Below are positions 33,272 to 44,003 of a stretch of 64,000 nucleotides of DNA, piece by piece. The notes beneath the pieces were generated by a model, which did no database searches, had not been told where the DNA came from, and saw only the letters and a list, made by a program, of their open reading frames with translations. The stretch lies in NCBI GenBank assembly GCA_040954595.2, contig JBECUI020000027.1, forward strand, positions 372,001 through 436,000, written 5' to 3'. Source of the stretch: Balanoglossus misakiensis. Lineage: Eukaryota; Animalia; Hemichordata. Numbering within the stretch: the stretch's first letter is position 1; each line of letters begins with the position of its first letter. Made by a program: the position numbers and the translations under genes.

Positions 33272-34498
33272 TTAAAAATAAGGAGAAGAACAGAGTGCTT
33301 TCCGGGTGCTCTGGGAATCCCAACTCTCCAGTACGGCCTTTTGAGCTGTCTTGGCCAGGGCCTTGGGCATGCCTTGAGGGGCCGCTCCGGTCAAGGCTGC
33401 AAGTCGGCCATTTCTAAATCGCGGTCGCCAGAGTATGTTCGCCATTTCCCAGGTATCAAAGGGTCCCAAATCTGGTCCCTCTGGAGTCTTTACTTCACCG
33501 GAAGCAAACCAGTAGCCCCCAAAAACTTCACATTTAAGCCGGAAGGGAGGAAACTCGTTTTTCTCAGGCCGACCCAGAATGGCCCGAGCCGCAAGACGGC
33601 CTTGATGTTCGGCAGCATGCCACAGCCCGGTGAGCTTGCCTCCCGGATGCTCCGCCGCATCCCCGGCAGCGTAGATATGAGGTTCAGAGCTGCGTAGGAA
33701 TTTGTCTACCCGTATGCCGTGGCCACAATCGATACCAGCCTTTTCGGCAAGTTCAATTTCAGGCTGAATCCCCAGGCATAAGACAACGTGATCGGCGTTT
33801 ATGCTCTCACCATTGCTTGTTTTCAGGATAATCTGCTTCCCCTTTTTCTCAGCATTGAGAAGTTTGGTCCCTAGCTGCAACAAGAACACATTTTTCCCCA
33901 GAACAGCTTGAAGACTGGCAGAGCATACTTCATCAAGGACATTCCCCAGAAGGTTCTTATCTTCTCCAATGAGCAACACATCTTTACCCATAGAGACCAG
34001 CTGATCGGTCACTTCCACTCCCAGCACACCCACCCCAGCCACGGCTATTCTTTGAACTTTTTGGGCCACCTTGCGGAGAGCCAGACCATCGGTCAGGTTT
34101 CGAACTACTGACCACTTTTCGGGGATAGTCGGAAAAAGTGTTACCGGTCTGGCTCCAGGAGCCAGGATCAAATCTTCATAAATAAAATCCTCTCTTCCCT
34201 CTGGTCCCTCCAAGGTAATCATGCGTTTCTGCGGATTTAAGTCCACTGCCCGAAAGCCCATGAGAAGTTCCACACCCATTTGAGTGTACCAGTTCGGATT
34301 TTTGACGGCAAAATCCTCAAGACCATATCCAGAAGAAATTCTTTTGCTTATTTTTGTTCTTTTGTATGGGTAAACTTTTTCTGTATCTACCAAAAGTATT
34401 GAAAATCCGGGGTCTGCCTCTTTAAAGGTCTCTACAGCCGTTAATCCGGCGTTTCCAGCTCCAATAACAATAACGCTATAGTTTCTTGGGGACCTCAC
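33272..34498 (-). CDS. FAD-dependent pyridine nucleotide-disulfide oxidoreductase (rubredoxin reductase/NirB-like)
   Basis: IGAGNAG, LILAPGA, VAGVGVLGVE, IYAAGD motifs. Confidence 0.88.
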   Translation of the reverse strand: MRSPRNYSVIVIGAGNAGLTAVETFKEADPGFSILLVDTEKVYPYKRTKISKRISSGYGLEDFAVKNPNWYTQMGVELLMGFRAVDLNPQKRMITLEGPEGREDFIYEDLILAPGARPVTLFPTIPEKWSVVRNLTDGLALRKVAQKVQRIAVAGVGVLGVEVTDQLVSMGKDVLLIGEDKNLLGNVLDEVCSASLQAVLGKNVFLLQLGTKLLNAEKKGKQIILKTSNGESINADHVVLCLGIQPEIELAEKAGIDCGHGIRVDKFLRSSEPHIYAAGDAAEHPGGKLTGLWHAAEHQGRLAARAILGRPEKNEFPPFRLKCEVFGGYWFASGEVKTPEGPDLGPFDTWEMANILWRPRFRNGRLAALTGAAPQGMPKALAKTAQKAVLESWDSQSTRKALCSSPYF

Positions 34499-34581
34499 AA
34501 AGGCACTCCTTGCTCAAATAATAACATAGTTTCGCATAAGTTTGGAGCACATGAGGAAATTTAAAATAAGGTCCAAAATAT

Positions 34582-35538
34582 TTAAGACGAACCATAGAAT
34601 CCAGGAATTTTTTTTTCTCCTCGAAGCACACCAATAAGCTCCACCTTGGAGCGGACCGTGAGTTTCTTATACACATTGGCTACGTGATTCCGCACCGTAT
34701 GGGGACTGATATCCAACTCGTCAGCTATTTCGCCGTAAGTGAGGCCTTTGGCTAGATCTCTGGCAACTTCCCATTCCCGCTCTGTTAAGGGAAGGTTGGA
34801 AGGAAGGTTCCGGGCATCAGAAGAAAGGAGATGCGGGATAGCAAGGTCTTTCATGTAAAAAACAATTCCTGTTAAGGAAATCCAGAAATAATAGATGGTA
34901 AGGTAAAGGAACCGGAGGTTGGGGGTAATGATCACAGAAGTTCCTATTTCTGTCATGACTTTGCCTGCCAGTATAAGGGGAAGAAAAATAGCAGAAAGAA
35001 GCGCTAGGATAATAATGGTTACTCGGGAAGTAATCTTGTTGATTTTTTTGATGCTACGGACGGCATCGGTAAGAATAAAGATCATGGCAAATAAGAAGAT
35101 CAAAGCGGCAATTATGGCCATGTAAAGAAGAAAAGAAGTAAGAAGATAGGCCGTTCCCACAGCAAAATAGATGGTACAGGCCGTGATCACTGCCGTTAAA
35201 CGAAGTGGAGTCCAGGATCGTCCCAGAATGTGATTAATCGTGGCGGGAATGTAATAAATGAGGAAGGCATAGCCCAGAGACTCTGCCATACCAAGACCAA
35301 TTATTGTAGCCGGATTGTTGCCGATAAAACCTTCAAAATAGAAGCGTAGACCAGCCAGAAAAAACAAGATGTTCAAGTAGCCCACAAAAAGTAGAGTATG
35401 GAAGCGTCCTCTGCTTTTTTTTCTCATCCAATAAAGCAAGCTCAAGGTAAATACAGAAAAAGCAAGTCCCACAGAAAAGATGTAAAGAAATAAAAAAATG
35501 TAATCCAGCATCATATCTCCATGACTATGGTAGCCCAA
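34582..35538 (-). CDS. Membrane-anchored LuxR-family transcriptional regulator
   Basis: About 7 TM helices, then LTEREWEVARDLAKGLTYGEIADELDISPHTVRNHVANVYKKL. Confidence 0.9.
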   Translation of the reverse strand: MGYHSHGDMMLDYIFLFLYIFSVGLAFSVFTLSLLYWMRKKSRGRFHTLLFVGYLNILFFLAGLRFYFEGFIGNNPATIIGLGMAESLGYAFLIYYIPATINHILGRSWTPLRLTAVITACTIYFAVGTAYLLTSFLLYMAIIAALIFLFAMIFILTDAVRSIKKINKITSRVTIIILALLSAIFLPLILAGKVMTEIGTSVIITPNLRFLYLTIYYFWISLTGIVFYMKDLAIPHLLSSDARNLPSNLPLTEREWEVARDLAKGLTYGEIADELDISPHTVRNHVANVYKKLTVRSKVELIGVLRGEKKIPGFYGSS

Positions 35539-35641
35539 TAACTCAAGGGAATGTCGTTAGACTTTCCTAAATAGGAAAAACCACAACAGATCATGCCGAA
35601 AAATGGAAGCCACAGTTCTTTGAACTCAATTCCTTGTTGTC

Positions 35642-36850
35642 TTATGGAACCAAAACAGGACGAAAGCCAAAAGATCCATCTCTCTCCGAGGGGGAGGCCT
35701 CATAGCGGTGAGTAGATTGGAAATAAGGGCTATAGAGCTCACCATCGCGGTACAGGTAGGCACCTCCTCTTAATACACGATTTTCGCCCATTTCGGGCCC
35801 TGTGGGATCCACAAGCTCAGTATCCCCTTCCACATAAGGGCCGCCCCAGTCCAAACACCATTCCCACATATTTCCGCTCATATCGTAGAGCCCAAGTTCA
35901 TTGGGTTCCTTTTGTCCCACTGCTCTTGCTTCTTTTTGGTCTATATGATACCACGCTACGTCGTCAAGGTTATTACTACCGGAAAAAGTGTAGCCTTGAC
36001 TTAAGCTCCCTCCCCGGGCAGCGTATTCCCATTCTGCCTCCGTGGGCAAACGACCTCCTAACCACTGAGAATAGGCCTGCGCTCCAAACCAGGAGACTCC
36101 TCCTACGGGGAAGTGGTATTGGGAGGGACTGCTAGTGAAGACACTGCCATCATGAGAAATACTGGAATTACCTAAATTTATATAAGCAACTCCTTCAAAA
36201 GTTCCGTTAGGAGACACCCCTATTTCATTTAAAAAATCTGTGTACTTTTTGTTGTCGACTTCATATTTGCTTATGTAAAAGCCGCTCAGGTTAACCGAGC
36301 GAACCGGTCTTGATTGAAGAGAGTCGTAATCCCGATTATCGTTTGCGCGCACACTTCCCATTAAGAAGCTGCCCCCATCAACCCATTCAAAAACTTCCCC
36401 AAGCCTAGAGGTGTTTAACAGGGTCATAGTATAAGTCTTCGTTTCCAAGCCATCTTCGGAACTTATAAGTAGGATAAAAATACCTCTATGACTAGGAAGG
36501 GCAGTTCCTGCACTAAGAGCAGAAACGTAGCCGGGAGCCGTATGTATTTCTTCTAACAATGCCTCATTGGGGAGTTCAATTCCAAAATCCAGTATAAGGT
36601 TTAGGTTTGTGCCGAATAGGGTGGCAGAATGATTTTGACCGTCGATAATAAGTTTGCTGAGGGTCAACCCGTCCTCCGAGTACTCCACCTGGACTCGCCT
36701 GCCATCAATAATAATGGTAAACTTCTGTAACCAGAACTTCTTGTCTTCGTCGATTACCTCCGTAACCTCTTTTCCTGAAGAGGCCATGGAACAAGCACCG
36801 AGAAAAACAAGAGAAGCCAGAAAAGTACAGAATTTTAAGAAAATATCCAT
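35642..36850 (-). CDS. Lipoprotein with FGE-sulfatase (SUMF1/formylglycine-generating enzyme-like) domain
   Basis: Lipobox LGAC; RLPTEAEWEYAARGG, NELGLYDMSGNMWEWC, RVLRGG...GFR. Confidence 0.9.
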   Translation of the reverse strand: MDIFLKFCTFLASLVFLGACSMASSGKEVTEVIDEDKKFWLQKFTIIIDGRRVQVEYSEDGLTLSKLIIDGQNHSATLFGTNLNLILDFGIELPNEALLEEIHTAPGYVSALSAGTALPSHRGIFILLISSEDGLETKTYTMTLLNTSRLGEVFEWVDGGSFLMGSVRANDNRDYDSLQSRPVRSVNLSGFYISKYEVDNKKYTDFLNEIGVSPNGTFEGVAYINLGNSSISHDGSVFTSSPSQYHFPVGGVSWFGAQAYSQWLGGRLPTEAEWEYAARGGSLSQGYTFSGSNNLDDVAWYHIDQKEARAVGQKEPNELGLYDMSGNMWEWCLDWGGPYVEGDTELVDPTGPEMGENRVLRGGAYLYRDGELYSPYFQSTHRYEASPSERDGSFGFRPVLVP

Positions 36851-37028
36851 ACAATTCCTTAACCAATAGTAAACTCTGTATATTACCTAGAGTATCGCAG
36901 TTTAGAGAGTTGTTCAAGTCCATATGGCAACTTCAAAAGAAATATAGTTATTCTTATTTTGGGGTGTTATCGCTGCATAGACCAGGGTTTCCCTACTTTA
37001 CGGCTAAGCTGGAAAACATGCCCAAACT

Positions 37029-38678
37029 ATGCTTGAAATATTCCCTCTCCTTGATTCACTATGGAGGGGTATGAAACTTTTTTTGCCCTTCTTTATGTTT
37101 TTTGTTTCCGTCCTGGGTTGGGCAGCTTCAAAACCAGCAATTTTCAGCTATCAATACCAGGATTACAGCCGCCATCACCGGTTGGAAGAACAAGATCGTC
37201 TGCATGGAAGAAAGTTTACCTTTCAGCCCGGCTTGGAAATCATTGCGGATTTGGATGGAGCTGAGGTTCGACTTTTCGAAGCTTATGTAGGTGTAACTCC
37301 CTGGGAGGCCGACAACCTGTCCAACCAGACTTATAGGGTAAGTCTGGAAAAACCAGGTTACGATGGTGTGGAATTCTGGGTCTCCCTGAGTCAGGATTCC
37401 AGAACCGTTGTCTTGGTAACTCTAGAAGAACCACGAGCAAGCCTGGAAATTGTGGGGCTACCTCCTAAGGCCTTTGTGACCATTGACTGGCAGCCCTACC
37501 AGGGAGGAACGGTGGAACTGGAGGCAGGATCTCATATGCTGCAGATTAAAGCCTTTGGTTATGAGTCTTTTAAAGAAATCATAAACATAGGCCGAGGAGA
37601 GTATTACCTATGGAACTACACAGGGCTGCCCGTTCCCTTTTTGCTTAAAGATTTACGAATCAGCCCCCAGATCAGACAGTCTGGGGACCTTAGGGGAAAC
37701 CGAATTAGTTTTTCTGCCACCGCTCCGGGCTCCACTGTCCTAAAAATTTTCAACCCCCAGGATCAGCTTATCTACGAAGAACTCTATGGTATACAGGATC
37801 CGCAGAAGGTCATTGTCTGGAAAGAAGACCCCGAGAGGGCTTGGGAAGAGGGAATTTACAGTTTACAATTGGAGGCCAGGGGAGAAGATGGCAACCTCTC
37901 GACTCTGGAAACCTCCTTCCAACTGGATAACCGATTCCACCGCGCTCCCCGAACACTTGCCTCAGGGCTTTCGGGTATGCTCTACAGTCCTATGACCGAC
38001 ATGCTGCCTTCTGGACTTTACCAGTTTGGCAGCGGTGTTGGGGTGGAATTTTCTCCTGAGAATGAAGAAACGACAATTCCTGTCTGGATAAGTGGACGGT
38101 GGTCCTTTCTGCCCCGCTGGGAATGGGGGGGGCTGCTGGGTCTTAGCGCCCGGGTTCCCCTGGAAAGCACGGACTTCAATTTGAGATTCTATACTGCCTG
38201 GAGAGCCATTTCCAAAGGAATTCTCCAAGCCAATCTCAGCTTATCCTTTGCCTACAGCAGCCCCAACTTTTCTCAGATTTCCTTGAAGGGTTTTTCCCCT
38301 CAGATCCCCGGGATAACGGCGGCCATGCCCTGGCAGCTGAAGTTTCAGGGATGGGGGCTGCTCCTGGCTCCACAGCTCACCTTAACCTTTCTGGCAGGAG
38401 AAGGGAACCTTTGGCGCTTTGCTCCTCCCGCCCGCATGGCTGGGTTATTGGGTTTTGGGATATACCAGGAAGGCCGCCGTCACTTTTGGGGTATTTCGGG
38501 GACATTAAGAAGCCCAACCTTAGCAGCTGGGCCCCTGGACTGGGGATTTTGGGTGGGAGCTGAAGGAAAATGGATACTCCCAGGAGATGTGACCTATATC
38601 CAGGTTATGCTGGGAGTTCAGACATTTCCAAAACCAATGAACATCTTTGCCGCCCTAGAATTAGGACTGACAGGCTAG
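37029..38678 (+). CDS. PEGA-domain exported protein with possible C-terminal outer-membrane beta-strand domain
   Basis: YVGVTP...YRVSLEKPGY and GSHMLQIKAFGYE repeats; amphipathic aromatic-rich C-terminus. The start may be the later MKLFL. Confidence 0.75.
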   Translation: MLEIFPLLDSLWRGMKLFLPFFMFFVSVLGWAASKPAIFSYQYQDYSRHHRLEEQDRLHGRKFTFQPGLEIIADLDGAEVRLFEAYVGVTPWEADNLSNQTYRVSLEKPGYDGVEFWVSLSQDSRTVVLVTLEEPRASLEIVGLPPKAFVTIDWQPYQGGTVELEAGSHMLQIKAFGYESFKEIINIGRGEYYLWNYTGLPVPFLLKDLRISPQIRQSGDLRGNRISFSATAPGSTVLKIFNPQDQLIYEELYGIQDPQKVIVWKEDPERAWEEGIYSLQLEARGEDGNLSTLETSFQLDNRFHRAPRTLASGLSGMLYSPMTDMLPSGLYQFGSGVGVEFSPENEETTIPVWISGRWSFLPRWEWGGLLGLSARVPLESTDFNLRFYTAWRAISKGILQANLSLSFAYSSPNFSQISLKGFSPQIPGITAAMPWQLKFQGWGLLLAPQLTLTFLAGEGNLWRFAPPARMAGLLGFGIYQEGRRHFWGISGTLRSPTLAAGPLDWGFWVGAEGKWILPGDVTYIQVMLGVQTFPKPMNIFAALELGLTG

Positions 38679-38679
38679 A

Positions 38680-39006
38680 TCAATTTCTATAAGAGACAAC
38701 AAGGAATCCCAGGGCCAGAATCAGCAGCAGCGTGAGTATCCAAAAACTTCTGACAGACCAATTCAGGCCAGGAAAAGCCTGTCGTCCTCTCTTAGCAGAT
38801 CTTCTACCTTCAGACAGCCCTTTTCTCCCCAGCTTCTTGGGGTAACTACAGGAAGGACATCCCTGCACAAACGTTTCAGAACTGCCCTCATGACCGCAGC
38901 GAGGACAGCAAACGGATAGAAAAAGTCCTCCGCAAACAGAGCAAATTTTGCTGCCAGGTTTGACCCGAATGCCGCAGTCTTGACAATAGAAGCCTCCCGC
39001 CAGCAT
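38680..39006 (-). CDS. Double zinc-ribbon membrane protein
   Basis: Four CxxC pairs and a C-terminal TM helix; overlaps the upstream stop by 1 nt. Confidence 0.78.
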   Translation of the reverse strand: MLAGGFYCQDCGIRVKPGSKICSVCGGLFLSVCCPRCGHEGSSETFVQGCPSCSYPKKLGRKGLSEGRRSAKRGRQAFPGLNWSVRSFWILTLLLILALGFLVVSYRN

Positions 39007-42000
39007 TAGAGTTTCTCAATGGCCCATATGGTAAGGTCATCGTCTTGCTTGTCCTCTTTAAGATGAGAGAACCAAACATACTCCGATCTTTCGTCGTGGT
39101 CCTGAGGAAAGCGGAAATAATGCCTGTATTCCAGAAAATGCTCCTGGAGGAAGCTGTTGATTTTGCGATCCACCTGTATTCTGTCTCCAGACCCCGCATT
39201 GGGATCGGGAACCAGACGGAAAAGTTTTTCCACCGAAGCCAGGGCCAAAACCGCCTCGTCGGCAGTGCCCTTGAGTTTGGTAAAATCAAAATGAAGCGGC
39301 TCGCCTATGACCAGGTCACCACGGCGGAGAAGTTCGTAATGACCTCGATGCATCACCGCTTCAATGACGGCATGGATACGGGGGGTATCAAACTCCTCAT
39401 TGACCTCATCGTCCCCTATGGCCTTCATACCTGCCTTGACAAAGTTTTGATCTTTTTCTCTTTGCTCCTGGGGAAGATTGCTAAACTGGATGACAGAATA
39501 GTCTTTGTCCCGGAATTGGTGGTGAGATTCTTCTATACCATCGGTGAAAAGAAAAAGCACATCTCCCTTATTAAGCTTTCGAACCACTTGTTTGTAACCA
39601 GCCTTGGGATTCATTTCCAAGAGCATGGGATCAATCTGACCAGCAGCAGGGGCCTCTTGCAGAGAGTAAACACGCATCTTCCTTTGAGTCTTTTCATAGA
39701 TATGAAGAAGATTGTCTCCAGCATGCGTCATCCAGTATTCTCCAGTTTTTGTGTTGATTACCGAGAGATTAAATGCCGCAAAACGTCCCTGAAAGCCAAT
39801 TTCGTTAATAAGCTCATTAATGTTGAAGGCCAGTTCGTTCAGACGAAATGTGAGCTTAGCTCCCCTTTCTGAACTTTTCCGCAACTGCTGAAAATAATTG
39901 ACAAAGAGGGTGGAGACCACAACCATAACCAAAGAGGCAGAAACCCCATGCCCGGCAATATCGCATTTGATCATCAGGATATGTTCATCGTCAATCTGCC
40001 GGAAATCAAAGTAATCTCCCGAAACGGCGTCAGCCCCTTCGTAGTAGCCAAAAATGCGGATAAAGTCGTTTTTCAAACCTCCAATAGAGTGTTTCAGCCC
40101 ATCGCCGCCTCTTTCCAGAGGAATAAAGCTCTTCTGGATTTCTCGCCCCACCATAAGTTCCTGGTTAGCAATCGCAGCTTGAACCAGCCCCCGTACCATC
40201 TGGTTGATGGTATCGCCTAAACTGGCCAGCTCATCCCGGGTTTCAAGGGAGATGTTGAAATCCTTGTGTTGCAGCATGTCTGGTTCGTTCCGGATTCTCT
40301 GTAATCCATTGACCAGCTGCGTTATGGGCCGTAGCATCATGCGAGAAAGAATCATGGCTCCAAGGAAACCCAGGAAGAAAGCCGCTACGGCACCAAAGAT
40401 GGTAATGAGAACAATGGTGCTCCGTATCCTGCTAAGATCTCTGAGAACAGAATCTACAGAAATGGCCGTCCTGATCACACCGTGGAAATAACGTGAAGAG
40501 TTGCCTACCCTATAAAGAATGGGTTTATAAAAAACATAAGGAACGGCCCCATCGACATTGGTAAATTCCAACTCTATTCGTTCAGGAAAGAATCTATGCA
40601 ACAAGCGATTAAAGAACTGAGAATTGAGATCTTCTGGAGAAAGCTCTGGAACACTGTAGATGTTTTGGTTTGTTATCTCCGTAAAAAGGTTTTCAATGGT
40701 ATCGTTCAAAGTGATGAGGGCCTCATTGAGCTGGATTACTTCTGGATCCTCAAAATTGTATCCCCTGATGTCCAAAGTAGTGGTAAATTCCTGGCTTAAT
40801 GTCTCGTATTCTGTAATAAGTTTTTCTATCCCAGCCTCCTGCAAGTCTCTTTCTACTTCCAGCTCTAGGAGTTCAATGGTTTGAGATAGCTGATCACGAA
40901 GTTTGTAACGCCCAATGTTAATCTCTCCGGGCATGATCCCCCCACGAACCAGAATATCAGCGGCCTGCATTCTGAGCTCCAGGGGAGCGGTATCGTTTCG
41001 GACTCTGCCTCCCTCGGCTCCTTCAGAAAAAACAAGGCCCAGAACCTCCGTCTCGTCTTCGGTTTCAATAAGGTTCACAATGCGGTCCCACTGCTCCCTA
41101 TCCAGTTTTTCAGGCAATTCCAGCTTACGGAGGATTTCCGGATCGTTGCTGGCCCAAAGGTAGTCAAAGCCTTCCGAAGTGGTTCTCAGTTCCTCGGCTT
41201 CGAGATAGGCCCGTGGGCCCGTGACGGTAACCCAGAGGGCATCGTCTCCCATGGCTTCTTTTTGATTGGGTAGCCTGAGGATCTCTGTCCTAGAGGCTTC
41301 TGGAATGGATTTACGGGCCCCAGATACCAAGGTCTCCAACAGAAGGGCCGTTTCCTTACGGAGTCGGTCGGTAAGGCCCTGACGACCCGATGCAAGCCAA
41401 CTGAAACCTAGGAAAAGAGAGATCATCAGAATAACAATAAGTACCAATGAAGTCAGAGCAATAATAAATTTGCTCCTAAGACCCATTCCTCGTTTTTTCA
41501 TAGCCATAACAAGCTCCTCCCGCCGAACGGAAACCAATGAACCCCGACAAAGAAGTGCCCGGGCATTTTCCATTATTTCCCTGGTCTCTTTTACCAGGTG
41601 AATGAGTCGAAAGATGGTAAAGGTCAGTGCCAGACCCAGAAGCACAAGGACTGAGACAAAGAGTAGTTCATTGACTGTAAGCCTGAGTTTCTGAGCGGCA
41701 GGTTCCCAAAGCGGGATATATTCATAAAGTCCAAAAGGACCAAACTTTATGTTTCTGAAATTCTGGAGCCGTAAGCTGTTGTTCCAGAAGACCAAGCCCC
41801 GGGCCGGGTGCTCCACCCCCACACGGTAATCTCCCAAGGCTATGTCGTCGTCAACGACAACTTCCAGGATTCTATCGTTAATAACTTGGACGCTCTGTTC
41901 GGAAAGAAAATATTCATAGTCCCAGGGAGCGATTCCATCGGTATCAAGTATTACTTTTTGAATTAGTCCGCCTACGGCAAAACCACGACCAAAGAGCCTA

Positions 42001-44003
42001 AACGTCAGACTGCCCATGTCGTCGTTTTCAGCATTGCCTCCGGTAATGTAGGTAACCGGAATATACCTTTTGAGGGGCAGAATCTGCACTGAAGGAAGCC
42101 CTACATTCCCCGCCTTGTCCCGGGTACTAACAGAAAAGGCCCATAAACCGTTGTCCCCATTGCGCATGGTCGCCGACCGCTCATTGCTGCTGCTCACTTC
42201 TCTGGTATTGCGAGCTTGAACAACCTCAGGCAGCAATTGCCCAAGGCTAAGGTCTTCTGTGTTTTCAGATAAATAGTCAAAACGCCATAGATAGGCCTCC
42301 ACATCTTCTTCCTCAGCATCCTGCCAGGTAAGTGTGAAGGTGTTGGAGAGAAGATACCCAAAGGCATCGGTTTCCGGGGGGACAATATGAGGAGGCGCAG
42401 GAGGGGTGCGGTCCAGCTTATAGGTGAGTTTTAAGGGGTCTGACCAATTCCCCGCCCTATCTTGGGCAATCAGGCTAAAGTACCACAGACCTTCTTCCTC
42501 TAGGGTTTCTACGGCTTCTAGGCTTCCATAAACTTGGTCGGCCTCGTTCCTGGAAGGCTGGCTGTTGGGATCTTGGGACCAGAGCCAGGAGTAAGATAAA
42601 ATACCAGAAGAATCTTCCCTACCCCTCCAGGCAACCCGCACAGAGGGATTCCTGCTGATTTCTCCATCCAACACACCTCCAGCGTAACGCGGAATTTCGA
42701 TATTTCTATCAGGTTTAAGAAAGATAGCCCTGGGGATACCAGCCCTACTGTCCTGCCAAAGCAAAAATACATTCCCCTTAAAAACTTCCGCCTGGGCATA
42801 AGAGGAACTGCCTAACTCCTTACCAGGTACCGCCGAGTCCAGAACCTCAGCCGTACGGCTGTAGGTGTCCAGGGCGTCCCGGCGGGCCAGGCGAATGCCG
42901 GTGGTGTCAAACCAAAGAAGCCAGGTCTGGTTTCTGCTAAGAAATACCCTAGGATAAGCACTGAGCCCTCGGGCATTGCTAACTTCCTCGAGTCCCGTAG
43001 GGGATACCGTGCCATCAGTACTGATAACCACCGCAGCAATGGCAGGGTTAAACCCCCTTCCATACCTTTCCCAGGCCATTAAAATCTGGCCTTGTATGTC
43101 AAGAGCTAAAGAGGGGCGTTGATTATCCCATTCCAAGGGGTTAGTCTCCCCAGTCCTGGGTATCAGGGACTCGGTAATGGGAAGGGCAGTCCCCCAGTCC
43201 CCACCGTTTTTCCGAAGCTTTAAATAAATCTGGTAGGTATAGGTGCGCCGTCCTGCCCTGGAAGACTGGAATACCACATATTCACCCGAAGGCGAAGAGA
43301 GATAGGCCGGTAGAAAATTCTGTCTCAACTCACTGCCATCAGAAGCAAGGTCCACTCCCGGTCTGACAAAAAGTTTGACAGGTGCCCACTGTCTTCCATC
43401 ATCTGATTCGGTATACCAGATGGTAAAATTTTCACTTCCCCCTTCTACCGTAGACAGGGGAAGGCTTCTGGTTAGAAAGAGCAGAAATCCTCCCCCCTTC
43501 CTGGCCACAAGGCGCGGAGCTACGATAACTTCGACAACCTCACCTTGGACACTCAGAGAGGACAGGGGAACAAAAGTATTAGAAAAATTTTCCCGATAAA
43601 AGTTAATTCTTTTATCTTCTACAGACAGGGCAACAGTGAGCCGGCCATCGACGTCTTTGGCAACAGAGAAAAGCGGAACCTTTTTTTGCCATGTGTAGGG
43701 GACGTTTTCGGCTATACTAACGATTTCTCCCCACAGATCCCCGTCAGAGGAGAACCTGGCCTTCACATTGATATAGGTTTCCGCATCCACACCAGGAGTT
43801 CCGGAGAATTCCTGCCAGACTACAGCAAGATTGTCATCCCCCCCAACAAAAACAGGAAAGTGCATACTGGAGCCCAAGATCTCAGGGAACTCCCAATAGA
43901 GCCTTTCCTGGGCTTGTACTGAAGGGGAAGCCAGCACGGCCAGGAAAAGAACACATAGAAAAACTTTTCCTAAATGGACTTTAACATTAAGAATGTTCAT
44001 CAT
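39006..44003 (-). CDS. Large membrane sensor with HAMP and SpoIIE/PP2C phosphatase domains (TP0854-like)
   Basis: Signal peptide, large exported region, TM helices, RDELASLGDTINQM (HAMP), VSGDYFDF, CDIAGHGVSA, FTDGIEE, QDDDLT. Confidence 0.9.
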   Translation of the reverse strand: MMNILNVKVHLGKVFLCVLFLAVLASPSVQAQERLYWEFPEILGSSMHFPVFVGGDDNLAVVWQEFSGTPGVDAETYINVKARFSSDGDLWGEIVSIAENVPYTWQKKVPLFSVAKDVDGRLTVALSVEDKRINFYRENFSNTFVPLSSLSVQGEVVEVIVAPRLVARKGGGFLLFLTRSLPLSTVEGGSENFTIWYTESDDGRQWAPVKLFVRPGVDLASDGSELRQNFLPAYLSSPSGEYVVFQSSRAGRRTYTYQIYLKLRKNGGDWGTALPITESLIPRTGETNPLEWDNQRPSLALDIQGQILMAWERYGRGFNPAIAAVVISTDGTVSPTGLEEVSNARGLSAYPRVFLSRNQTWLLWFDTTGIRLARRDALDTYSRTAEVLDSAVPGKELGSSSYAQAEVFKGNVFLLWQDSRAGIPRAIFLKPDRNIEIPRYAGGVLDGEISRNPSVRVAWRGREDSSGILSYSWLWSQDPNSQPSRNEADQVYGSLEAVETLEEEGLWYFSLIAQDRAGNWSDPLKLTYKLDRTPPAPPHIVPPETDAFGYLLSNTFTLTWQDAEEEDVEAYLWRFDYLSENTEDLSLGQLLPEVVQARNTREVSSSNERSATMRNGDNGLWAFSVSTRDKAGNVGLPSVQILPLKRYIPVTYITGGNAENDDMGSLTFRLFGRGFAVGGLIQKVILDTDGIAPWDYEYFLSEQSVQVINDRILEVVVDDDIALGDYRVGVEHPARGLVFWNNSLRLQNFRNIKFGPFGLYEYIPLWEPAAQKLRLTVNELLFVSVLVLLGLALTFTIFRLIHLVKETREIMENARALLCRGSLVSVRREELVMAMKKRGMGLRSKFIIALTSLVLIVILMISLFLGFSWLASGRQGLTDRLRKETALLLETLVSGARKSIPEASRTEILRLPNQKEAMGDDALWVTVTGPRAYLEAEELRTTSEGFDYLWASNDPEILRKLELPEKLDREQWDRIVNLIETEDETEVLGLVFSEGAEGGRVRNDTAPLELRMQAADILVRGGIMPGEINIGRYKLRDQLSQTIELLELEVERDLQEAGIEKLITEYETLSQEFTTTLDIRGYNFEDPEVIQLNEALITLNDTIENLFTEITNQNIYSVPELSPEDLNSQFFNRLLHRFFPERIELEFTNVDGAVPYVFYKPILYRVGNSSRYFHGVIRTAISVDSVLRDLSRIRSTIVLITIFGAVAAFFLGFLGAMILSRMMLRPITQLVNGLQRIRNEPDMLQHKDFNISLETRDELASLGDTINQMVRGLVQAAIANQELMVGREIQKSFIPLERGGDGLKHSIGGLKNDFIRIFGYYEGADAVSGDYFDFRQIDDEHILMIKCDIAGHGVSASLVMVVVSTLFVNYFQQLRKSSERGAKLTFRLNELAFNINELINEIGFQGRFAAFNLSVINTKTGEYWMTHAGDNLLHIYEKTQRKMRVYSLQEAPAAGQIDPMLLEMNPKAGYKQVVRKLNKGDVLFLFTDGIEESHHQFRDKDYSVIQFSNLPQEQREKDQNFVKAGMKAIGDDEVNEEFDTPRIHAVIEAVMHRGHYELLRRGDLVIGEPLHFDFTKLKGTADEAVLALASVEKLFRLVPDPNAGSGDRIQVDRKINSFLQEHFLEYRHYFRFPQDHDERSEYVWFSHLKEDKQDDDLTIWAIEKL

